DNA of 63,719 bases, counting the filler. It is 4 parts of 4 records of this genome, joined end to end, with 100 filler letters (N's around TTAATTAATTAA, not from the genome) between each part and the next. Parts side by side here need not be neighbours in the genome. Positions count along the whole stretch, not along the records: positions 1 to 17,704 come from SRR20825019_1758; positions 17,805 to 26,797 come from SRR20825019_1761; 2 more parts are not named here. One strand, written 5' to 3'. The stretch's first letter is position 1. Each line of letters begins with the position of its first letter. The translations under genes were made by a program, and so were the position numbers. Shown piece after piece: positions 12,198 through 21,783 of this stretch. The notes beneath the pieces were generated by a model, which did no database searches, was not told where the DNA came from, and saw only the letters and a list, made by a program, of their open reading frames with translations.

Positions 12198-12808
12198 TTA
12201 TGCTGTTTCCATTGCCAATACAGAAGGATGTCTCTTGTCGGGTTCAGCCGTGAGAGAGATGCTGCCAGAAACACTTTCTGTACCACTTATTTCGCTTTCC
12301 ATCTTTTCCCTCGGAGGGAGATAAACTGACCTATTGCACAAAGGGCACAACTTGCTGCACCTGTTTTTAGAAGCTAACAAGCTGTCAAAACGCCACATAC
12401 TAACCTGAGTGAAAGCCAATCCGAAATACAGTTCTTGTGAAAATGGTGACCACAAGGCAAGTGCTTAATCGTTTCGTTGTCATTATAACTGCATACACAA
12501 ATCACACAGTTCGCGTCTTCCTCTGGCACTTCGCCTTTCTTATACAAGCTAGTAGGGAGGGCTGTGATCACATCAGCCGAGCACGCTTTCTTGGTATCTT
12601 CGGCGGCGGCGGCGCGTCGCCTTGCGACACTGATAAGGTAGGCCCGCACTTGCATTCGGTGCACTGTATCATCCCATGCTCTTTTGTTCCAGCAACATAC
12701 ACGAAATAGGTGGCAAAAAGAATTAAAGAAAAAGAGTGAGAAAAGGGCGAGAGTACAAGATATGGCATGCAACGGGGGCGGGATGGGGGGGCACGGCGGA
12801 ACTACCAT
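12198..12808 (-). CDS. RING-H2 E3 ubiquitin ligase with N-terminal hydrophobic segment; 2 exons (intron 12361-12404)
   Basis: CVICVCSYNDNETIKHLPCGHHFHKNCISDWLSLR|CSKLCPLC after removing a 44-nt GTTAGT...CAG intron. Confidence 0.82.
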
Positions 12809-13798
12809 TCTTACTCAACCATGCATCTTACTATCACAACATATGTAGCTCTTGTCCACTTTAACGCCGCACAACACTAGCCACCCCCACCCCGGCCGAC
12901 CTCGCCCTGAGTCGGACTGCCGAGCCATGAGTCGACCCTGAGCCCCCACGGCCGCGCCGTCGTGGGCCTGGGACCGGCAGGCGCGCTCGCGGGTCAGTGA
13001 CGAGCCTCCCCGTCCCCGCAGCCGCCGCGCCCGCGGCCGGACCTTGATGCGGCCGTAGTGCATTAGGCAGTTCAGTTCGTGATCCGGCATTCATTGGCCA
13101 CCGCAAGGGCAACCACTTTCTTGGCCGCTAATCTTAGATTTTCGTTATTACGAAACGAGATTGGAGAGATTCATTGGTGAACGGTGACTACTGAACACCA
13201 ATCGGGCCCCTGGATGCCGACGGTCGTCCAGTGTTGAAGTACAGAGAAGCACTGTCGTCGCGGCTGCTGCCCGGGAGCTGGCCGGACTGCTTTGGCCAGT
13301 GGAGGGGCGACCACGTGTCGCGTGACCGCCGGTTTCTTCACCGAATCGGTGCCCTCCCCGTAGGCCGCTTGATGCAAAGTGAAATGCCTACTCATCATCA
13401 GCCTCAGACACAGCAACTCAGTGACGTTCTCTTCCCGACAAGCCAGTAAAATACTATGCTATGTAACACTATGCTCGATTGGCCATGTTGTTCACCGTGC
13501 CTGAACAGTGAGGCCGGGCCCACTGTTGGCGGTCTGTCGATTGAGGCACCCCCCGCCCTCATGACCTTCTCCCGAGTAGGAAGGCATGCTAGTGCATTCT
13601 GTGCCTATGATTGAGTTTTAACCCTACGCACCTAACCATGGTGGCGTAACTGGCGTAGGTCTTCTTTTGTCCGTCAGTTTCCAAGTTTGGTTCACAGCAC
13701 GGAAAGCGCTTGGTTCCGCTCTGCGTGCCCTGTTTCCAGTTTAAGTATTTTGTATCAACCAAAGGAAAACTTTCTTGCACAAGCCCGAGTAGCAGTTC

Positions 13799-14527
13799 AT
13801 GCCCTTTAATACTGTGAACATGAGCGAGAACGGTCCTCCAAGAGGCGGGTACAAGCAACTGAATGGAAGCAATGGACACTCAAGCATACAGATTGCAAAC
13901 AGTGATGCGGACATTGAAAAGTATCAACAAGCCCTTAAAGACGCTGAAGCAAAGGAGTTAGAAGACGCTATTAAGAATGGCGCACTGCCCAAGAATCAAC
14001 GCAAGCGTGAGCAGTGCGGAACAGGAGGAGGATGGACAAGCCTCTTCAACTTCGGCGCACTGGGTTCGATGATCCAGTGCGTCGTGGCTCCTCGTTCAAA
14101 GGACAAAACCCCCAATGGTTCAATGGCAGGGTAGGTGGCTTTTGATGAACTTGTTCTGGTGTGCTGACTCTTTTGCAGATCAAAACGAGCTTCCGTAAAC
14201 TTGACCCAAATCGATAGTGAATATGACTACGATCTCAAACCTGATAGCCGCCGGAGCAGCCGTGACAGCAACCGAGATAGCTGGGGCAGTAACAGGTTCT
14301 CAGGAAACTATCCTCCTACACCGGAGGGAATGGTTTGGAGGAGCCCCGGTTGGGGAAAAGGACCTCCTGAGCTTGTTCCCGAGGAAGAGGTCTGTGGTAA
14401 GAAAAAGGTCGAGGTACCAAAACTGGACCTCACGAAAGTTCATGAGGATCAAAAACGCAAGGCCCTTGCAGAACGACAGAGAGCAGAAAGAGATAGACAA
14501 AAGGGCATCAAGAAGAAGATCCGGTAG
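13799..14527 (+). CDS. Eukaryotic hypothetical protein; 2 exons (intron 14131-14178)
   Basis: ORFs 13799-14134 and 14201-14527 join in frame across a 48-nt GTAGGT...CTGAC...CAG intron; hydrophilic with a basic C-terminus. Confidence 0.65.
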
Positions 14528-14736
14528 GTTGGAGACCTGCCGTGGTGCTGAATGATATGAAACGCAATGGAGCACAACCCGAACGATATGAAAGTCGAAG
14601 TTGCTCGAACGAACAAGCTCATCTTTTACAGACAAAGGAGGAAGTTGAGGCATGCCGACAAAGTGCGCAAGACTTGATATTTGGTCTGAGACATGTAACA
14701 TAAAGACACCCTTATTGCAGTGGAGTCTGCCACGCT

Positions 14737-17404
14737 CTATTCTGTTTCCATAGCAACAACTGCCTCCTTTCTCTCGTAAAACAATAGATAACTTGACGTG
14801 GAGACTAGGTCGTCCTCTGATGCTTCTGAAACAGAACAATCATTGAAAAGACGCCACTTGCCATCCTCGCACTTCACATGAGCGGTATAGTGCCCTCCTC
14901 CAAGTCCACCCATGTGGTTAGATACACCGAACAGATCATAGACGCACGAACGACCTTGACTATGCTGAACATAGTCGGATAAGTCCAAATCTTGAATTGG
15001 AAAATCCACAACAACATCTATCTTGTCACGCCAATACTTGGTGTACGAAAACTTCTTGAGATGAATCACCAAAATGTCGGGAAGTTTCCACAACGAGAAC
15101 TCTTTCATGGCCTGCCTGAAATCCTTGCAGTGAGGGCAATACCACATGTCTTCTTCGCCAAGCTTTTCCTTTCTGATAAACAACTTAATGCAGTCTTCCA
15201 AGGGAACACTGCCAGACCGTCCATCGCTTTCTGATACGAAAGAAGAATGTATCTCCATCCGATCCATCTCTTCACTCTTGTACTTGTCAGGGTCGGCCCA
15301 ATCTAGCCCGATGTACGACCCATTAGCAAGTGCGCATATATCATCGTTTAAGGGCAACGGAGTATCGTCTGCGGAAGTACCCCACTGGTTTATACGCCGA
15401 ATGTCAAAGAGACTTTCATCCTCAGAATTTTCGCTTCTTAACATGAACCTGTTTAGGCGTGCCTCAACTACACGGCGCAGGTCATTGTTTGAACTTTTGC
15501 TTCGATGAATATTGACAATGAAAGGGAGACCAAAGCGATCGTAATCCCTGTAGGAATATTGGCCTCCCTTCTTTCGATTCATGACATAAAGAGTAATTAA
15601 TTCCTCAGAACTGCTCCCTTTGTCTAGAATCGAGCTGTCCAATGCATATGCGACTATTGTATCGTTGTCACGAATCCCAGATATTAAACTCTGGTCGGAA
15701 AGGTGGCTACCAAAATGATTGTCCCATACTTCAGCGATATGAAGAAACGTCGCGTCGATAGAGAAGAGTTCGCCCAACTCAGATCTGAGGTTTGACACTG
15801 TACCTCCTTTCGGAACTTTCACAGAGCATTTCACAGGCAACTTGGCAGAGTCCACAGGAACAAACACAACCGTGATGAACCGATGAGTCTCCTGAAGAAT
15901 CGGGAGGGAAAGATACATGAAGGGATCAAATGTGATAGACTTATTTCCACAATCCGGACATGTCACCTTCGATTTCAATTGGCCTTGAAATAGATCTACT
16001 ATGATGGATTGGTTTCGCAATAAATGAGTTTGCCAAGCCCGCTGAGCCACGTCATTATCAGACTCGCCTTCTTTCGGCTCCACCTACAAGCCCACATGTC
16101 GGAAATATGAATTATCAACATGCAGAATCAACTCACTGTTTCGGTGTAAGGCTTTTCTATGACACGATTTAGGTCTTCATGAAGACCGTCCAAAAGGAAA
16201 GCCAAAAACTCTTGACTATCTTGCTGTTGGTAACCCATGAATTGAGGTGCAAACTTTCCAAGTGTCCACTTGAAATCACTTGGTGTGTATGCAGATGACT
16301 TTCCCGACCACAAATCTTTAACAAGCTCTCCGTACTTCTCCGCAATCTGGCCCTCTTGGCCTAGCGGATTGCTCCTGTTGATTTCACGCTTGTACTCATC
16401 CGACAAGAAATACTCAGTCAGCCGCTTAGTTTTGGAAAGACATTGAAGACCAGAGTTCATAAAGCACGTATTCCCAATATTTCTCAGTCCAGCCATTCCA
16501 GGTTTGCTGGCAGACTCAGGGCTGTAAGGAGAGCTAAATGAAAACCTCCGAGGAGGCGAAGTTGGAGATTCGGGAGCTGAGGCCGTCAAGTCTTTTGGCC
16601 ATTGCCCAGAGCTGTTGCGCTGTTCCACGAGAACTTTGCAGCCATCTGACAAAAACGCGGCGTCCAAACGAATCTCAAGGTTGTCCAACAGCCGATCGGC
16701 CTCACCCGGTCCGTTTACAAGCCACAACCTACATTTGTCTGGGGCGAGATTCAAGTCGGAACATGCCGCTTCGCGAAGTTGTCGAACTGAACTTGCTTGG
16801 CTAATCTCTACCGTTGTATCATTGGATGAAAACGAAAAGCGACCCTCGGAAATCTTTGATACAGATATTGTAAACTGATACAACTCGACCATGGCTGAGT
16901 TTGCAGAACAGCTTGTCATATAGATAACCTTACGGGGAATTGCGGGTCCTCCATGATACCATGATACCAAGGCTTGCCAAGCGTCCGCCTTAAGAAGCAC
17001 ATAGTCACGGTTCTCCATAAGTCCCCTCTTCAGATCCTTGGATAGCTGCTTTTCTGACGTTGAACGTAGGCCCGCAAACTGATTTATATCTTGTGTTTCG
17101 GCCGCCCTAAGAATAGGAGAATTATCTATGGGCCCAACGGATGGCTCTCCAGCGGGCCGTGGCAAGTCTTCATCGCCTTTTAAGTAAAACCCTGAAAACT
17201 CTACATGATTTGGCGATGCCGGTTAGCCAGAGAGCCAAAGCCCTTCGTTACCTGACTGAACCCACCTGTCCAACTTTTCCACCAGTCGTATGCAATAACA
17301 TACATTGTCTCTCCTTCTTTCAAGGACCCCTGATTCGCCTCCCTAACTAAAGCTGCTTCTGCTGCAGGAGTTTCCGGCCGAAACAGCAAACTTCCACTCG
17401 ACAT
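14737..17404 (-). CDS. Ubiquitin carboxyl-terminal hydrolase, USP4/11/15-like (DUSP + UBL + C19 peptidase); 3 exons
   Basis: DUSP-like [11 protein letters not shown] and PSVGPIDNS; Cys box [26 protein letters not shown]; His box [14 protein letters not shown]; introns at 16084-16136 and near 17180-17230. Confidence 0.93.
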
Positions 17405-17704
17405 TATGACCTTGGCCTAGATATCCTACCGTTGCGGCCCAGATGTTGGCAGTTATGGTAGAACAATCATAGTCATATTTATGGCCGGGCGGCCGGCCGC
17501 GTGAGCTCATGCCGGCCACCACTGGCACGGCCCGTCGGCCGGGCCCGTCAGGAGCGCCTAGGCCTGAGTCGCGCCCCAGGGCGCCCGCGGCGCCCTGCGC
17601 GGCCCGGGGTCGGCGGCCGCGGCCGGGCGTTCATTTCCACTGGTCACCAAGAAATTAAAAAACATATTTCTTGCCGATCGAAAAGTTCTATATTTAGAAG
17701 CATA

Positions 17705-17804
17705 NNNNNNNNNNNNNNNNNNNNNNNNNNNNNNNNNNNNNNNNNNNNTTAATTAATTAANNNNNNNNNNNNNNNNNNNNNNNNNNNNNNNNNNNNNNNN
17801 NNNN
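17705..17804. other. Artificial contig spacer
   Basis: 44 N + TTAATTAATTAA (stops in all frames) + 44 N. Confidence 0.98.
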
Positions 17805-17850
17805 TTTTTAATTAGTACTATACACAAATATAGCGTTTAAAATTATTAAG

Positions 17851-17913
17851 GAATTAGGGATTAGGGATTTGGGAAAAGGAAATAGGGATTAGGGATTAGA
17901 TGCTAGACTTTAG
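17851..17913. repeat. Degenerate 7-bp tandem repeat, consensus GGATTAG, 9 units
   Basis: GAATTAG GGATTAG GGATTTG GGAAAAG GAAATAG GGATTAG GGATTAG ATGCTAG ACTTTAG. Confidence 0.75.
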
Positions 17914-17962
17914 ATGTTTTAAAATTGTTATTGGGTTGGGGTTTTTAGGGTGTTGGTCTGGG

Positions 17963-19348
17963 TTATTTTTCCACAATAAACCTTCCTTTTATTGCATCAT
18001 TTAAGTGCGTAATTAGTTCGAAAAAATAGATACCAGAGCTTAAATCATTTATTTCTAATGACATTTTATATTTATCAATTGCATCAAGTTTTTTTAAAAC
18101 TTTCCCTACAGCATCATAGATAATAAGCTTGTTTATACTATTTCCATAATTTTCATCGAGCTGGAAGGTGATAATATTGGATGCAGGATTTGGAAACAAT
18201 GTTAAACCTGATTTTTTTTCATTGAAATCATTTACTGAAAGTGGCACAAAATTACCGTCTGCATCGAGTTTAATTAACCGTATATCAGATTCGATTGAAA
18301 AGTCGCTTGTAGCGCAAGTAATTAGGAAGCCCCCATCTGCAGTTTCTGTGATATTGTTACCGATCGTGAATAGAAATCCAGGTTCAAAATTACGAGTCCA
18401 CACTATTTCTGCAAATTCATCTAGTTTTGAAATATTAATTGAAAAATAATCATGACTATAAAACGATGAAGAATGTATAAAACCGTTTTGATTTTTCAAT
18501 GGTTTTATATGGTTAGAAAGTCCTATTCTTTGTTTTTTTGTCCACAGCGTATCTCCTACGGAGTTTGTTCTTATAAAATAGCTTAAAGGATAGCCATGAG
18601 AGACATCTGGTTCGGCAAAATGACCTGCAATCATATATCCACCATCTGGAAGCTGCAAAACAGATTGAGCACCATCATAAACACCATCCCCAAATAATTT
18701 TGACCACATTTCGTTTCCTTGAGAATCTACTTTTAGCAGTACAATAGCTGGAGCTATACTTGGATTAACAGTAGTACCGGCCAATATAAAGCCTCCATCT
18801 AAAGTTTGTATTACCGATACTAATTTCCCAATCTCATAACTACTTGACCAAATTAGGTTTCCTGAAGTGTCTGTTAAATATAAAATAGAGGTTTCCCCAT
18901 CTGTACCAACAAAATAGTAATTGTTATTTAGTGTTTCACCAACTGAAAACCCATCCATAAAGGTTGAGGAGGTATACGATTGTTCCCAAATCTTATTTCC
19001 ATCTGAATTAAATTTCACTAAATATGCATTAGTTGTTGAATTACTGGCTGTTCCTACTGCAAGAAAATTAGCATCACTAGTTTGTATTAAGGAACTTCCT
19101 CTTCTGGTTCCCGCAAAGTATTTATCCCATAGTAGGTTTCCTTCAGGGTCAATTAATGACAAAATTATTACAAAGTCTGTATCTGTAGGATTTCTGGACG
19201 ATCCAAGCACAAAAATATTACCATCGGTTCGTTCTATAACAGCGTCTGCATAGTTGTAATAAGGTTTTTCATAAATCTTATTAAATAAAATTTGCGCATC
19301 TGAAGCTGCATAGATCAAAATAAATATAATTGTTACAAAATATTTCAT
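17963..19348 (-). CDS. Secreted repeat beta-propeller protein with T9SS type A C-terminal sorting domain
   Basis: Signal peptide; repeated DGGF/YxxAG and xDxxGNxxW units; C-terminal LFPNPAS...YDAVGK...LSSGIYF...RFIVE. Confidence 0.85.
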   Translation of the reverse strand: MKYFVTIIFILIYAASDAQILFNKIYEKPYYNYADAVIERTDGNIFVLGSSRNPTDTDFVIILSLIDPEGNLLWDKYFAGTRRGSSLIQTSDANFLAVGTASNSTTNAYLVKFNSDGNKIWEQSYTSSTFMDGFSVGETLNNNYYFVGTDGETSILYLTDTSGNLIWSSSYEIGKLVSVIQTLDGGFILAGTTVNPSIAPAIVLLKVDSQGNEMWSKLFGDGVYDGAQSVLQLPDGGYMIAGHFAEPDVSHGYPLSYFIRTNSVGDTLWTKKQRIGLSNHIKPLKNQNGFIHSSSFYSHDYFSINISKLDEFAEIVWTRNFEPGFLFTIGNNITETADGGFLITCATSDFSIESDIRLIKLDADGNFVPLSVNDFNEKKSGLTLFPNPASNIITFQLDENYGNSINKLIIYDAVGKVLKKLDAIDKYKMSLEINDLSSGIYFFELITHLNDAIKGRFIVEK

Positions 19349-19489
19349 TTTTTCTTCATCTTATTTATTTTGTCTTGTCTAGAGATAAGTTAACCATTTT
19401 CAGGTTAAAAATAGTATTAATAAATATCGTAAATTTCCACGGAACATTGACCTTTTTTTTAAAAATAATCCCCTACGGATTGTAAAAAA

Positions 19490-19697
19490 GTTGCCAACAG
19501 TCCTATACCGTTTTTTTTTTATAAGATTTGTAATTTACCGCGTTATATTCTTTATGAATATGCTTTGGTGTTTCCATAGGGTTCTAAAAGTGTTTAATTT
19601 TTAGTCAACCTATTTTAGCGGGTCAGCGATTATAATGCAAAAACTTTGGGTAAGCATTTATACCCGCATTAGCTATTGCCATTGTTATCCGAAGTAT
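19490..19697 (-). repeat. attC-like cassette-junction element E
   Basis: On minus strand, TAA-AT-ACTTCGGATAACAATGGCAATAGCTAATGCGG ... CTGTTGGCAAC; left end resembles element D. Confidence 0.5.
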
Positions 19698-20330
19698 TTA
19701 TTCGAGTATAATTTTGTCTACTAATATTCCTTTATCGGAAATCAATTTAATCAGGTAAATGCCTTTGGAACTATCCGATAAATCAATTTGAGGGGTAGCT
19801 GTCAATTCTTTAATTTTCTTTCCTGAAATATCATAAATTAAAATTTTATTCAAATTTTTATTACTGATATTTATGATACCGCTTGAAGGGTTAGGATAAA
19901 TTATAGCTTTCTGATTATTAAAATCTTTAATTTGAAGCAACGGCCCGTTAACAAATTTCGTTTGAATAAAATCCGATTCCACTTCCCCAGGATTATAAAC
20001 TGCGGTTACGTGGGTAAAAAATCCTTCACCATTGTTATAAAACAGAAATTCCTCTCCTCCACAATTACTAACTATTCCATTTACTGGATCGTCAATATTA
20101 TAAATAGAAGTTGCGTCGCTTATAAATAAAAACAAGTCATTTTCTCTATAAATATTGTATCCTATAATTTCATCGTGAGGTTGTTCTGGCTCATCCCAAC
20201 TGAGAATAAAAAAATTGTTTGGATTTTCATACCTATGTTCCCAATTTAAGTTTTGAACTGGATTAATTTGTCCGATTAATTGAAAAGTAAAAGCCAATGA
20301 AATTGCAACTGTCAGTGTAACTGTTTTCAT
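19698..20330 (-). CDS. T9SS type A sorting-domain protein
   Basis: Probable start MKTVTLTVAISLAF at 20330 (the longer ORF runs through element D); C-terminal IYPNPSSG...YDISGK...KGIYLIKL...KIILE. Confidence 0.85.
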   Translation of the reverse strand: MKTVTLTVAISLAFTFQLIGQINPVQNLNWEHRYENPNNFFILSWDEPEQPHDEIIGYNIYRENDLFLFISDATSIYNIDDPVNGIVSNCGGEEFLFYNNGEGFFTHVTAVYNPGEVESDFIQTKFVNGPLLQIKDFNNQKAIIYPNPSSGIINISNKNLNKILIYDISGKKIKELTATPQIDLSDSSKGIYLIKLISDKGILVDKIILE

Positions 20331-20349
20331 AATGTCTTTTTTTTGTATG

Positions 20350-20494
20350 TTGTTGTGTACCGATTGAGCTATGGTTTCGTTGCGAAAAATGTCTACAAAT
20401 TTCTTTCCGCCATAGCATAAAGATAGCAAAACGGTGAGAATTTTAAGCAGAAAATTATGCCGCAATGAAGTATTGCCGTTGTTGGCATACGTTT
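20350..20494 (-). repeat. attC-like cassette-junction element D
   Basis: Minus strand TAA-AA-ACGTATGCCAACAACGGCAATACTTCATTGCG ... CGCAACGAAACCATAGC; internal TTGCG/CGCAA arms. Confidence 0.65.
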
Positions 20495-20893
20495 TTATTT
20501 ATTTATAACATACGTTTTAGAAATTGAATCGTGCCAACCTTTTTCTGATATTAGAAAAGAGAGGGCGTCAAATGGAATCAATCTGCAGAGATTGCGAATA
20601 AGTAAAGTCTTGAAATCTGGTTTATTCCCATTATAGTCAATAACCTTAGTTCCAGTTATAAACTTTCCTGGTGTTTTGCCAAAAGCATATTCAAAAAGCA
20701 AATGATACAAAACGTATAGAACAAAAAAATATAATACGAACCAATTAGAGCCCCTTTCAGGCATTATTCCAAGCCAACCATCAAGAACCATTGCGTTTAA
20801 AAAAATAAGAAAGTAGAATCCTATAGTATCTATAAGATTATTTCCAAATCGAGTTCCTTTACTTGCGTAATCAATTATTAATTCATTATTCAT
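20495..20893 (-). CDS. RDD family membrane protein
   Basis: ASKGTRFGNNLID, GKTPGK, LIRNLCRLIPFD, WHDSISKTYV. Confidence 0.9.
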   Translation of the reverse strand: MNNELIIDYASKGTRFGNNLIDTIGFYFLIFLNAMVLDGWLGIMPERGSNWFVLYFFVLYVLYHLLFEYAFGKTPGKFITGTKVIDYNGNKPDFKTLLIRNLCRLIPFDALSFLISEKGWHDSISKTYVINK

Positions 20894-20907
20894 TCCTAGT
20901 ATTTTTA

Positions 20908-21048
20908 ATGTTTGCCAAGGTAGGTTTGTGTATGATTAGTGGCGTGTTTTAAGCTCCTAATTTAATAAATAAAAACTGAATAGAATTTTGAAGTGTTGGG
21001 GTTAATATGTAGGCTATTACTAGCAATTAATTGATTTTGAATATTGGG
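20908..21048 (-). repeat. attC-like cassette-junction element B (near-copy of element A)
   Basis: Shares AATTAATTGCTAGT.ATAGCCTACATA...AACCCCAACACTTC and TTCTATTCAGTTTTTATTTATTAAATTAGG with about 25640-25780; ends CTTGGCAAACAT. Confidence 0.75.
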
Positions 21049-21600
21049 TTATTGATATAAAACATATCTTGGTGGTTTTAGTCCATTCAGTCGCAAATAA
21101 ACCAGCATTTGTCCTCTGTGGTGGGTTATGTGGTCGGTAAGCAACAACAAAATCTGTGTTTTTGTTCTGTCTGCTCCAAAATAGTCCAATCTTTCTTTAA
21201 GTCTATTTGGGTCAAAATTTCCGATGAACTCTATTGTTTTGTCAAAAGTCTCATTGATTTTAGCAATCATTTCTTTTTTCGATTTGGTGTCAACTTTGAG
21301 CTCCGTGTCGGTATTCCAATCTCTCGCTTCACGTCCGCCTATTAATGATTGACTGTGCCAATCCATTGCCCAACCAATATGCATTAAATTTTCCGCAAAG
21401 CTCATTGATTCAGGCGTTGGTTTATATTCATACTTATCTTCTGGCATTGTATTCGCTACAAGAATTAAATATTCTTTCGATTTTTCTAATCGTTCCAAAT
21501 ACTCTTTGATGAAGTCATTTTCTTGTGCAATAATCGGCTGTGTAACTGAGAACAAAAGCATTACCGAAGTCAGAATTAAAAGGTATTTTATGTTTTTCAT
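21049..21600 (-). CDS. DinB family protein with signal peptide
   Basis: Probable start MKNIKYLL at 21600; MPEDKYEYKPTPESMSFAENLMHI and DHITHHRGQMLVYLRLNGLKPP. Confidence 0.9.
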   Translation of the reverse strand: MKNIKYLLILTSVMLLFSVTQPIIAQENDFIKEYLERLEKSKEYLILVANTMPEDKYEYKPTPESMSFAENLMHIGWAMDWHSQSLIGGREARDWNTDTELKVDTKSKKEMIAKINETFDKTIEFIGNFDPNRLKERLDYFGADRTKTQILLLLTDHITHHRGQMLVYLRLNGLKPPRYVLYQ

Positions 21601-21637
21601 TTGTTTCAATTTATTATTTCCGATGGGTTTGGTTATA

Positions 21638-21783
21638 ATGAATGGCAACTTATTTGTATTTGATTAGTTGCGTTGGTAGGAACTAAGTTATTAAAAGAAA
21701 ACGAACCTCTGGAAAATTCAGCAGGAATTTTCCAGAGGAACAAAGCCACAGCAATGGTTTATACAGAGTGTGGGCAGTAGTTT
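21638..21783 (-). repeat. attC-like cassette-junction element C with perfect 14-bp apical hairpin
   Basis: Minus strand TAA-AA-ACTACTGCCCACAC ... CCTCTGGAAAATTC-ctgct-GAATTTTCCAGAGG ... AAGTTGCCATTCAT. Confidence 0.7.

Noticed and set aside
17749-17760. TTAATTAATTAA repeated three times in the window
   Set aside because: Embedded in N runs of fixed length; an artificial six-frame-stop linker.
17704-17963. Bacterium-to-eukaryote insertion at the contig 1/2 junction
   Set aside because: The junction is an artificial spacer, so no physical linkage is shown.
20331-20465. N-terminal extensions of ORFs 19698-20465 and 21049-21648, and ORF 25589-25771
   Set aside because: They read through the junction elements; signal peptides begin at downstream ATGs (20330, 21600).
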